DNA from: Candidatus Aenigmatarchaeota archaeon
Lineage (GTDB): Archaea; Aenigmatarchaeota; Aenigmatarchaeia; Aenigmatarchaeales; Aenigmatarchaeaceae
Assembly: GCA_021163145.1 (NCBI GenBank)
Contig: JAGGXH010000038.1
Location: forward strand, 1-40,741
Reading direction: 5' to 3'
DNA: 40,741 bases
Below the pieces are notes generated by a model. It had not been told where the DNA came from. It did no database searches and was given only the letters and a program-made list of their open reading frames with translations. The translations under genes and the position numbers were made by a program. Positions 32,178-40,741 of the stretch are shown one piece after another (the stretch's first letter is position 1; the number at the start of each line of letters is the position of its first letter).

Positions 32178-34013
32178 ATGAAAAAGAGAAGAAAGCCATC
32201 AGAACCAAAACAAGCAATTAAAAAAATTGTTCCAGATACATCTATATTAATTCATGGAAAATTAAGTGAACTTATCAAATCAAATAAATTAAAAAATATT
32301 GAAATAATAATTCCTGAAATTGTAATGGGAGAACTACAGGCACAAGCATCTAAAGGAAGAGAGACAGGATTTTTAGGATTAGATGAAGTTAAAACAATAA
32401 GAGATCTTTCTGATAAGTATAAAATTAAATTAAAAATTGTTGGGCAAAGGCCATCATTTGAAGACATTCAATTAGCAAAATCTGGAAGATTAGATGCATT
32501 AATACAAGATACTGCTAAAAAAGAAAAAGCAGTATTAGTTACATCTGATTTACCACAAGCATTAGTTGCAGAAGCACAAGGAATACCAGTTAAATATTTT
32601 GAAAGTTTTAAAGTTGGAAAAAAAATAAAGTTATCAAAATTTTTTGATAAAAATACAATGTCTATTCATCTTAAGGAAGGTGTTGTGCCATTTGCAAAAA
32701 GAGGACGACCTGGGCAAATTAAAATTGTGAAATTATCTAAGAAAAAAATGAAAAAAGAGGAAATAGAAAAAATAATAAAAGAAATAATGGATGCTGCAAG
32801 ATATGAAGAAAAGGGATTTTTTGAATTTGGAGGAACAGGTGCTAGTATTATACAATTAAAAGATATGAGAATTGCAATTACTAAACCTCCTTTTTCAGAT
32901 GCACTTGAGTTAACTGTTGTAAAACCAGTTGTAAAATTAACATTAGATGATTATAAACTATCTAAAAAACTTAAAAACAGGTTAGAACAAAAAGCAGAAG
33001 GTATAATTTTATCTGGATCACCTGGATCAGGAAAATCAACACTTGCAGCTTCTATAGCTGAATTTTATCTAAAGCGAAATAAAATTGTTAAAACACTAGA
33101 ATCTCCTAGAGATTTACAGGTTCCAGATGAAATCACGCAATATGGTCCATTAGATGGAAGATTTGATAAAACAGCAGATGTTTTATTATTAGTTAGACCA
33201 GATTATGTTATATTTGATGAAATAAGAAAATCAAAAGAATTTGAAATATTTGCAGATCTTAGATTAGCTGGAATAGGTTTAGTTGGTGTTATTCATTCAA
33301 GTGAAGCGATTGATGCTATACAAAGATTTATTGGAAAGATAGATTTAGGACTTATACCAAGTATTGTTGATACAATAATATTTCTAAAAGATGGGGCTAT
33401 TAAAAAAGTATATTCACTTAAACTTGTTGTTAAAGTGCCAAGTGGTATGACTGAAGCTGATCTTACAAGACCTGTTGTTGAAGTCAGGGATTTTGAAAAT
33501 GATAAATTAGAATATGAGATTTATACATATGGGGAGCAAACAGTTGTTGTTCCAATTGTAAAAGAGAAAAAAACAGGATTGAAAAGACTTGCTTTATCTA
33601 AAATAAAAGATGAGATAATGAAATATGATCCTAATGCACAAATATCATTCTTAACTGACGATAAAGTTTCTATTAAAGTAAGAAACAGTGTAATACCAAA
33701 AATAATTGGAAGAGATGGTAAAACAATAAAGAAATTAGAAGAAAAACTTGGAATTAATATTGAGATAGAACCTCTTGTTAAAGCACTTGGGAAAGAAATA
33801 AAATATAAAATAGATGAGACAGGGTCTTATATAATATTTTCATTTGGTAAGAAATATGCTAAAAGAAATGCTAATATTTATATTAATAATGAATATCTGT
33901 TCTCAGCTACAATTGGATTAACTGGACAAATTAAAATAACTAAACATTCTGATCTAGGAAAATCATTGTTAAATGCAATAACAAATAAGAAACACATTAG
34001 CATATTTATATAA
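32178..34013 (+). CDS. PIN domain - PilT-family ATPase - KH domain protein (COG1855-type)
   Basis: N-terminal PIN (IVPDTSILIHGKL...), Walker A GSPGSGKST, Walker B VIFDEIR, C-terminal KH (IIGRDGKTIKKLEEKLGINIEI). Confidence 0.75.
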   Translation: MKKRRKPSEPKQAIKKIVPDTSILIHGKLSELIKSNKLKNIEIIIPEIVMGELQAQASKGRETGFLGLDEVKTIRDLSDKYKIKLKIVGQRPSFEDIQLAKSGRLDALIQDTAKKEKAVLVTSDLPQALVAEAQGIPVKYFESFKVGKKIKLSKFFDKNTMSIHLKEGVVPFAKRGRPGQIKIVKLSKKKMKKEEIEKIIKEIMDAARYEEKGFFEFGGTGASIIQLKDMRIAITKPPFSDALELTVVKPVVKLTLDDYKLSKKLKNRLEQKAEGIILSGSPGSGKSTLAASIAEFYLKRNKIVKTLESPRDLQVPDEITQYGPLDGRFDKTADVLLLVRPDYVIFDEIRKSKEFEIFADLRLAGIGLVGVIHSSEAIDAIQRFIGKIDLGLIPSIVDTIIFLKDGAIKKVYSLKLVVKVPSGMTEADLTRPVVEVRDFENDKLEYEIYTYGEQTVVVPIVKEKKTGLKRLALSKIKDEIMKYDPNAQISFLTDDKVSIKVRNSVIPKIIGRDGKTIKKLEEKLGINIEIEPLVKALGKEIKYKIDETGSYIIFSFGKKYAKRNANIYINNEYLFSATIGLTGQIKITKHSDLGKSLLNAITNKKHISIFI

Positions 34014-34034
34014 CATTATTCCCAATATTTTTCT

Positions 34035-34526
34035 ATGAAAGCAATATCTGCAGTAATTGCAATTGTATTAATTCTAATAATTACTGTTGGTTTAGTATCA
34101 CTTGCATATATGTGGTTTACTGGAATGTTTAGAGGATTATCTAATATGATATCTGAAAGAACCAAGCAAGTTTCTGAGCATATGCAAGCTGATTTTAGTA
34201 TTGAGAGTATATCTTCAGACCTTTCAACAATATATATCAGAAATACTGGAAATACAGATTTAACTAATTTCACAATTTATAAAAATGGTAAAATATTAAT
34301 TAAAGATAAAGATTATACTCTTTCTACAGATAAAATTAAACCTTCAGATATTTTAGAAATTTATATTTCTTTTTCTATTGGTGATAAGATATTAATAACA
34401 ACAAGAGAAAATGTTAAAAAACAAGTTGTGATTGAAGTTAATTCTGACACAGGTGAACCAGAACCAATACCTGTTCCAGAACCGCCACAACTTCCAGGAT
34501 CAGATATTATAATACATCCTCGTTAA
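34035..34526 (+). CDS. Archaeal type IV pilin-like protein (MKA|ISAVIAIVLILIITVGLVSLAYMWF)
   Basis: Canonical archaeal pilin N-terminal domain. Pro/Glu-rich C-terminus EPEPIPVPEPPQLPG. Confidence 0.8.
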   Translation: MKAISAVIAIVLILIITVGLVSLAYMWFTGMFRGLSNMISERTKQVSEHMQADFSIESISSDLSTIYIRNTGNTDLTNFTIYKNGKILIKDKDYTLSTDKIKPSDILEIYISFSIGDKILITTRENVKKQVVIEVNSDTGEPEPIPVPEPPQLPGSDIIIHPR

Positions 34527-34572
34527 TTTTAAGTGCAAATCTTTAAAAGTATTAAATGTTATTCTTAAATTC

Positions 34573-37500
34573 ATGGCAGCTAAAGAGGAATATGCAGAAA
34601 AAGTCCAAGAATTAATGAGTAACCCAGAAAATATAAGAAATATTGCTATTTGTTCTCATATACATCATGGGAAATGTATTTCTAAAGACTCAAGAATAGC
34701 TCTGGCAGATGGGAGTTTTATAAGAGCTGAAGATATTTTTGATAAATACTCTAAATATGGAAAAAAGATTATATCAAATAAAAATGAAACTGTTATAGAT
34801 ATCAGCAAAACAGGCTTAAAAGCATTATCATTGAATAAAAAGACATTGAAAATTGAAGAAAAACAAATACAGTTTATATGGAAACTTAAAGCTGATAAAG
34901 AATTAATAAATATAGAACTTGATAATGGACTTAAAATATCTACAACACCAGAACATAAATTCTTTATTTTTGATGGTAAATTTAAAGAGATAGAGGCTGA
35001 AAAACTACAAACAGGAATGTTTGTTGTATGTGGAAGAAATTTAAATTATAAACAACTAACTTTAGAAGATATCAAAGAAATTATTATAGAAAGACTTTCA
35101 AAGAATATAGGATTTTATGTAAATTTAAACAAAAAATTTGCTTTAAATATAAAAAATAAAATAATGAATATAGGAATTAAAAATATATGCAATTTAATTA
35201 ATACACACTATAAACATAAAATATTTTATTCATCATGTATATATCATGGACGTTATAGATTAAGGGATATTGTTTCTATATGCAAGTTATTTAGTTTGAA
35301 TCTTTCTATTTTATATGATAATATTGATACTTTAAATTATAGAAAAAAATTATCAAAAGCTGGCAAAGTTTCAACTTATATGAGATTACCAAAAACAGAA
35401 AATGATTTTAAAGATTTCTTCTATTTTGTTGGTTTATTATTTGGAGATGGAAGTAGAACAAGACTTACAAATAATAATGAATTTATTCAAGAAAGATTTA
35501 TTGAAATATCTAAAAAACTAGGTTTTAAGCCTAGTTTATATAAAACCAAATCAAAAGCAACAGATATATGTAGTAATGGAGGTTTAACATTACTTAATAT
35601 ATTAAATTGCCTTTTCGATTATCCAGATAAAGAGAAATCACATAATATTCATATTTCAAATTTCCTTCAAAAAATGCCAAAATATATGATAGCTGAATTT
35701 ATTAGAGGATATTTTGATGCAGATGGTACAGTTGAAAAGGGAAGAAGTGCAATATCGATAAGTTTTGCAAGTAAAAATATGATAAAAGATATGCAATTAT
35801 TATTTCTCAAATTTGGATGCATATCAACAATGAATGAACATAACTTATATATTTCTGGCCAATCTGCAATTAAATTTTTAAATAAAATAGGATTTTCGCT
35901 TAATTATAAAAAAGAGAAACTTAAAGATTTGGTTTCTAAATCAAATTCAAGTAAAATAAATGACATTGTACCATTAAATAAGAAATTTTTATCTTCTTTA
36001 GATTTGGCACCAAAATATAGAAATTATCAAACTGGAGAAATAATGCCAAGTTTTTTCTCTTTGAATAATATGCTACATGAATGTAATATTGAACCAATCA
36101 GAAAAATTGTTGAAAGTGATATAAGTTTTATTAGAATTAAAAATATCAGGAGAACAAGTAAAAAATTCGTATATGATTTTACAGTTCCAGATAATCATAA
36201 TTTTATTGCAGAAGGAATAGTTGTTCATAATACTGTTTTAACAGACAATCTTGCAGCTGCAGCTGGAATGATGTCTGGTGATTTAGTTGGAGAAAGAATG
36301 CTTACATGGGTAGATCCACAAGAACATGAAAGATTAATGACTATTTATGGTGCTACTGTTACAATGGCTCATGAATATCAAGGAAAAAGATATTTGATTA
36401 ATCTTATGGATACTCCTGGACACGTTGATTTTGGTGCTGATGTTACACAGGCAATGAGAGCTGTTGATGGTGCAGTTGTTATGGTTTGCGCAATTGAAGG
36501 TATGATGCCACAAACTGAAACAGTTTTAAAACAAGCATTAGCTGAAAGAGTAAAACCTGTTTTATTTATCAATAAAGTTGATAGAGCAATTAAAGAATTA
36601 AAATTAACACCTGAACAATTATTGCAAAGATTGCAAAAAATTGTTATTGAGGTAAATAGATTTATTCAAAATCATGTTCCCGAAGAATTTAAGGATAAAT
36701 GGATTCCTACTGTTGAAGATGGTTCTGTTGCATTTGGTTCAGCATTGAAAAAATGGGCAATTTCAATACCAGCTATGAAAGAATTTGGAATAACATTTAA
36801 AGATATTATTGAAATGTCATCAAAAGATCAAGATGAAGAGCTTTCTAAAAAAGCACCAATGCATAAAGTTGTTTTAGATATGGTTATTAAGCATCTTCCA
36901 GCACCAACAGAAGCTCAAAAATATAGAATAAAAAAAATATGGACGGGTGATATTAATTCAGAAATGGGAAAACAATTAACTTCTTGTGATAAAAATGGTA
37001 AGCTTGCTGGTATTATAACAAAAGTTGTTTATGATCCACAAGCAGGTATGATTTCAACTGCTAGATTATTTTCAGGAAAATTAGAAAGAGGACAAAATAT
37101 TTTATTAAATAGAGCAGATAAAGTTGTTAAAATACAACAAGTTACTACATTTATTGCTGATAAAAGAATTGGTGTTCAATCTGTTCCAGCTGGAAATGTT
37201 GTTGGATTAACTGGCATAACAGAATCTATAGTAGGTGAAACAATTTCAGATCCTGATAACCCTATTGCACCATTTGAAGCAATAAAACATGTATTTGAGC
37301 CTGTTGTTACAAAAGCAATTGAACCAAAATCACCAAAAGACTTGTCAAAATTAATTGATATATTAAAAGTACTTGGAAGAGAAGATCCAACATTAAAAAT
37401 TAATATTAACAAAGAAACAGGAGAGACTTTGGTTTCTGGTTTAGGAGAATTACATTTAGATGCTAAAGTTGAAAGAAAGATTAGAGAAAAAGGAGTTGAT

Positions 37501-38319
37501 ATAATTGTTTCTCCTCCAATTGTTGTTTATAGAGAAACAGTAACTGAAAAAGGTCCAACAATTGAAGGAAAATCGCCAAATAAACATAATAAGTTTTACA
37601 TAAGTGTAGAGCCAATGCCTAAACAATTATATGAGGCAATGGTAAATGGAGAAATAGAAGATAGAGATATGAAGAAAAAATCTCCTGAAACAATAGAGAA
37701 ATTGGAAAAATATGGATTATCTAAAGAAGAAGCAAAAGGTGTTGTTTTAATTTATAATCATTGTATATTAATGGATGTTACAAAAGGTATTCAATATCTT
37801 AATGAAGTTATTGAGCATATTAAGGCTGGATTTAAAGAAGTTGTTGATCAAGGACCATTAGCAAAAGAACCTTGTTCAGCGATGATAGTTAAACTAGAAG
37901 ATGTTGTATTGCACGAAGATGCTATACACAGAGGACCTGCACAAGTAAAACCTGCTGTAAGATATGCAATTACACAAAGTATGTTAAGAGGAAAGGCAAC
38001 ATTATTAGAACCAAAACAAATTATAAGAGTAGATACACCACAAGAATATATGGGTGCAGTTACAGCAGAAGCAAGCAATAGAAGAGCAGAAGTTATTAAT
38101 GTTGAAACAGGTGAATTCTCATCTATAATGACATTGAAAATGCCTGTTGCAGAAATGTTTGGTTTTGAAGCTGCATTAAAATCAGCTACAAATGGTAAAG
38201 GATTCCAATCTATGGTTGATGTTGTATTTGAACCTGTTCCAAGAAATATACAAGCAGACATAATTAAAAAGATTAGAAAGAGAAAAGGATTAGGTGAAGA
38301 AATTCCTAGAGCAGAATAA
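34573..38319 (+). CDS. fusA: Translation elongation factor aEF-2, interrupted by an intein
   Basis: Extein (729 aa): NIAICSHIHHGK / TVLTDNLAAAAG (G1 P-loop split), DTPGHVDF, NKVDR, and the diphthamide region HEDAIHRGPAQV. Confidence 0.95.
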   Translation: MAAKEEYAEKVQELMSNPENIRNIAICSHIHHGKCISKDSRIALADGSFIRAEDIFDKYSKYGKKIISNKNETVIDISKTGLKALSLNKKTLKIEEKQIQFIWKLKADKELINIELDNGLKISTTPEHKFFIFDGKFKEIEAEKLQTGMFVVCGRNLNYKQLTLEDIKEIIIERLSKNIGFYVNLNKKFALNIKNKIMNIGIKNICNLINTHYKHKIFYSSCIYHGRYRLRDIVSICKLFSLNLSILYDNIDTLNYRKKLSKAGKVSTYMRLPKTENDFKDFFYFVGLLFGDGSRTRLTNNNEFIQERFIEISKKLGFKPSLYKTKSKATDICSNGGLTLLNILNCLFDYPDKEKSHNIHISNFLQKMPKYMIAEFIRGYFDADGTVEKGRSAISISFASKNMIKDMQLLFLKFGCISTMNEHNLYISGQSAIKFLNKIGFSLNYKKEKLKDLVSKSNSSKINDIVPLNKKFLSSLDLAPKYRNYQTGEIMPSFFSLNNMLHECNIEPIRKIVESDISFIRIKNIRRTSKKFVYDFTVPDNHNFIAEGIVVHNTVLTDNLAAAAGMMSGDLVGERMLTWVDPQEHERLMTIYGATVTMAHEYQGKRYLINLMDTPGHVDFGADVTQAMRAVDGAVVMVCAIEGMMPQTETVLKQALAERVKPVLFINKVDRAIKELKLTPEQLLQRLQKIVIEVNRFIQNHVPEEFKDKWIPTVEDGSVAFGSALKKWAISIPAMKEFGITFKDIIEMSSKDQDEELSKKAPMHKVVLDMVIKHLPAPTEAQKYRIKKIWTGDINSEMGKQLTSCDKNGKLAGIITKVVYDPQAGMISTARLFSGKLERGQNILLNRADKVVKIQQVTTFIADKRIGVQSVPAGNVVGLTGITESIVGETISDPDNPIAPFEAIKHVFEPVVTKAIEPKSPKDLSKLIDILKVLGREDPTLKININKETGETLVSGLGELHLDAKVERKIREKGVDIIVSPPIVVYRETVTEKGPTIEGKSPNKHNKFYISVEPMPKQLYEAMVNGEIEDRDMKKKSPETIEKLEKYGLSKEEAKGVVLIYNHCILMDVTKGIQYLNEVIEHIKAGFKEVVDQGPLAKEPCSAMIVKLEDVVLHEDAIHRGPAQVKPAVRYAITQSMLRGKATLLEPKQIIRVDTPQEYMGAVTAEASNRRAEVINVETGEFSSIMTLKMPVAEMFGFEAALKSATNGKGFQSMVDVVFEPVPRNIQADIIKKIRKRKGLGEEIPRAE
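34675..36231 (+). mobile_element. 519-aa intein with LAGLIDADG homing endonuclease domain inserted in the aEF-2 P-loop
   Basis: Starts with Cys (CISKDSRIALADG, block A). Has block B TTPEHKF, LAGLIDADG motifs VGLLFGDGSRT and IRGYFDADGTVE, and ends VYDFTVPDNHNFIAEGIVVHN followed by a +1 Thr. Clearly more AT-rich than the flanking extein in sampled lines. Confidence 0.9.
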
Positions 38320-38354
38320 ATAATATTTATATTAACATATATTCAATAATTTTT

Positions 38355-40741
38355 ATGAAAAAATTGGTGCTTTTTTCATTTTTATTTATATTTGTATTAA
38401 TATCACAGAGCTATGCATATACAGACAAGGGAACCTATTATGAGTGCAACTCCTGCGACGACTGCGAGGCAGCAATTGCGGACAATACTTATGATTTAAT
38501 AAAATTAACAGCAGACATCTCTGATTATGCAGGCACATGCATAAACAATCCTGCAAATTTTTCAAACAAAACCTTTGACTGCCAGGGCCACACAATTGAC
38601 GGGGATGATTCTGGAAATGATTACGGGATTTTCTTGAGTGGAAAAACAAATAATACCATTGGAAATTGTACGGTTACTGATTTTAAATATGGCATCTATC
38701 TCTACTCATCTTCAAGCAACAACATAACAAACAACACCGCAAACTCAAATACTTATTATGGCATCTACCTTTATTCATCTTCAAGCAACAACGCCATTAT
38801 AAACAACACTGCAAATTCAAACACAGTTGGTATCTATCTCGATTACTCTTCAAACAACAACGCCCTCATAAGCAACACCGCAAATTCAAACGGCTATGGC
38901 ATCTATCTCGAATCATCATCTTCAAACACCCTCACAAACAACACCGCAAATTCAAACGCTTGTGGCATCTATCTCGAATCATCCTCAAACAACGCATTCA
39001 CAAACAACACTGCAAATTCAAACACTCAATATGGCATCTATCTCGAATCATCATCTTCAAACACCCTCACAAACAACACAATGTCAAACAACACCTATAA
39101 TTTCTATATTTACGGCTCATCAGTTTCTCATTATATTCAAAGCATAGCTACTTCAAACACAGTTGATGGAAAACCAATATACTACTGGAATTACACGCAA
39201 GATGCGGAAATAAATGAAACAACAAATGCAGGTTTTGTTGGCTTGGTTTCCTGCAATAACATAACAGTAAAAAACCTGAACATATCAAAGAATACGGAGG
39301 GGATTCTGTTTGTAAATACAACAAACTCAACAATACTTAATAACACCGCAAATTCAAACGCTTGTGGCATCTACCTCTATTCATCTTCAAACAACAACAT
39401 AACAAGCAACACAGCAAATTCAAACGGCTATGGCATCTACCTCGCTTCATCTTCAAACAACAACACATTAACAAACAACACTGCAAATTCAAACACTCAA
39501 TATGGCATCTATCTTTATTCATCCTCTTCAAACACCCTCACAAACAACACAGCAAACTCAAATACTTATTATGGCATCCTCTTCTATTCGTCTTCAAACA
39601 ACAACATAACAAACAACACAGCAAATTCAAACAACTATGGCATCTATCTCGAATCATCTTCAAACAACAACACGTTCACAAACAACACAGCAAATTCAAA
39701 CGGCTATGGCATCTACCTCGCTTCATCTTCAAACAACAACATAACAAACAACACATTAAAATGGAACGTGGATGATATTAGAGAAACAAGTTCAAGCGGA
39801 AACAATTATGAAAGCAATACATTATATCTAAACAAAAATACAGCATTCTTAAATTTATTAACATCAGAAATTGGAAACATTTCAGAAAAAATGTTCTTTA
39901 ACATTTCACTCAAACTGCCAAACGGAACAGTGCAAAATCTCAGCGCAGTGAATTCGGTCCAGGCAAGCCCAAGCTTCACGCTCGCCTATAACAACACAAC
40001 AACAGATATTTTTGGAAACATAACTCCTGCAAAATTGGGAATTTATTCAATTAAATTAAATTTAACAGATTCTAACAACAATGAAATTTACCATATTTTA
40101 AATTTATATGCAATCAACTCTTCGAGAAATTTCTCAACAAGAGTTAAATATTATCTAAGGCCTGGAATAGGGCCGGTTCACGGGCAGCCAACTGGAAATG
40201 ATGCCAAGTCGCTTTTGTTCTCAAAACCAACAGGCACGGAAATTTTCTCCTGTAGTGCTTGGGTACAGGCATCTCCTGATGTTATGCCAGCACTTCCTAA
40301 TGGAACAATACAAAATGCTACTATAAACCACTGGTACAAAGCTAGTGGAAGCCCATACATTGGATTGCAAAGAAAAGTTGCCCATGATACTGCAATGGAC
40401 ACCCAGGCATCATTATCAGCGGCCTCTGAGTACACATTTAATTCAACAACATTCACAAGCATAAACTGGGCAATGAATGACAAGTATGACTGGTACAATC
40501 TCTCATTCAAACTTAGAGGGAATAACCCATATTGGCTTTCCTCACCAACAAAACTTTCATATATAACAATTGACTACATAACAAATGCTCCAGCACCTTT
40601 AACACAAAATCCAGTGGGACTAACAGTTATTTTATCAACTTTATCTCAGGAAAATCTGAGATCAGCAGAAATAATCCTAGATGGTGAAGGCACAAAAACA
40701 ATTGAATTAAAAATGCCAGAGTTAGATACGTACAAAGTATA
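38355..40741 (+). CDS. Secreted right-handed beta-helix repeat protein (NosD/PbH1-like), 3'-partial (runs off right edge)
   Basis: Absent from the supplied ORF track, presumably because it has no stop in the window. Frame 0 was hand-checked as open from the ATG at 38355 to 40741. Signal peptide MKKLVLFSFLFIFVLISQSYA. About 12 units of NNTANSN-x-YGIYL-x-SSSNN-x-(I/L)T, with VDGKPIYYW between two repeat blocks. Confidence 0.85.
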   Translation, partial: MKKLVLFSFLFIFVLISQSYAYTDKGTYYECNSCDDCEAAIADNTYDLIKLTADISDYAGTCINNPANFSNKTFDCQGHTIDGDDSGNDYGIFLSGKTNNTIGNCTVTDFKYGIYLYSSSSNNITNNTANSNTYYGIYLYSSSSNNAIINNTANSNTVGIYLDYSSNNNALISNTANSNGYGIYLESSSSNTLTNNTANSNACGIYLESSSNNAFTNNTANSNTQYGIYLESSSSNTLTNNTMSNNTYNFYIYGSSVSHYIQSIATSNTVDGKPIYYWNYTQDAEINETTNAGFVGLVSCNNITVKNLNISKNTEGILFVNTTNSTILNNTANSNACGIYLYSSSNNNITSNTANSNGYGIYLASSSNNNTLTNNTANSNTQYGIYLYSSSSNTLTNNTANSNTYYGILFYSSSNNNITNNTANSNNYGIYLESSSNNNTFTNNTANSNGYGIYLASSSNNNITNNTLKWNVDDIRETSSSGNNYESNTLYLNKNTAFLNLLTSEIGNISEKMFFNISLKLPNGTVQNLSAVNSVQASPSFTLAYNNTTTDIFGNITPAKLGIYSIKLNLTDSNNNEIYHILNLYAINSSRNFSTRVKYYLRPGIGPVHGQPTGNDAKSLLFSKPTGTEIFSCSAWVQASPDVMPALPNGTIQNATINHWYKASGSPYIGLQRKVAHDTAMDTQASLSAASEYTFNSTTFTSINWAMNDKYDWYNLSFKLRGNNPYWLSSPTKLSYITIDYITNAPAPLTQNPVGLTVILSTLSQENLRSAEIILDGEGTKTIELKMPELDTYKV
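38691..39095 (+). repeat. Tandem in-frame repeat block 1 (about six units of 66-72 nt)
   Basis: Repeating ...aacaacac(c/t)gcaaattcaaac...ggcatctatctc...tcttcaa(g/a)caac.... Boundaries are approximate. Confidence 0.75.
39340..39757 (+). repeat. Tandem in-frame repeat block 2 (about six units of 66-72 nt)
   Basis: Same unit as block 1. 39473-39552 differs from 39001-39080 at only 4 of 80 positions by hand alignment. Boundaries are approximate. Confidence 0.75.

Noticed and set aside
34016-34273. 85-aa minus-strand ORF
   Set aside because: It is antisense to the canonical pilin gene at 34035.
36378-38261. Minus-strand ORFs inside fusA
   Set aside because: They are antisense to aEF-2.
38691-39757. 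Regular 66-72-nt periodicity considered as a possible CRISPR array
   Set aside because: The units are contiguous with no unique spacers, are in frame, and encode a coherent beta-helix repeat. No cas genes are present.
38386-40510. Six track ORFs (38386-38649-, 38896-39147+, 39148-39333-, 39337-39531-, 39362-39775+, 40178-40510-)
   Set aside because: All are alternative-frame or antisense readings of the beta-helix repeat gene. Their products are repetitive His/Gln/Cys/Leu-rich artefacts.

Overview
Very AT-rich, gene-dense archaeal chromosome segment. Archaeal markers present are aEF-2, Nop5 plus fibrillarin, ribosomal protein S17e, MBF1, a TrmB-type regulator, class-III-signal-peptide pilins and bulge-helix-bulge (BHB) tRNA introns. 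The composition, compactness and many reduced enzymes suggest a small-genome DPANN-type archaeon; this is inference, with no database search possible here.

Housekeeping content: thrS, ileS, hisS, rps12-rps7, rps17e, nop5-flpA and fusA.

Main observations:
1. All four tRNA genes are interrupted, with six introns in total. tRNA-Glu and tRNA-Leu each carry two introns, leaving middle exons of 3 nt and 7 nt, and one Leu intron is 169 nt.
2. aEF-2 carries a 519-aa LAGLIDADG intein in its P-loop.
3. A free-standing LAGLIDADG endonuclease gene is frameshifted in an A5 run.
4. Eight pilin-like genes lie in three loci. One is a translationally coupled six-gene operon behind a Cys-rich modular protein, and another is coupled to a 771-aa fibre-like secreted protein. 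No pilus assembly genes are in the window.
5. There is a degenerate split ACD-like pair, a ThiI-like protein with a degenerate PP-loop, and a ThrRS without an editing domain.
6. An intergenic GC-rich element has interleaved (pseudoknot-type) helices.
7. A long beta-helix repeat gene is open in one frame from 38355 to the right edge and is missing from the supplied ORF track.
8. Several conserved-looking ORFs under 60 aa are also missing from the track: a DUF1931-like protein, a DUF5679-like Zn ribbon and a TFB-type Zn ribbon.

No rRNA, CRISPR array, transposase or IS element was seen.
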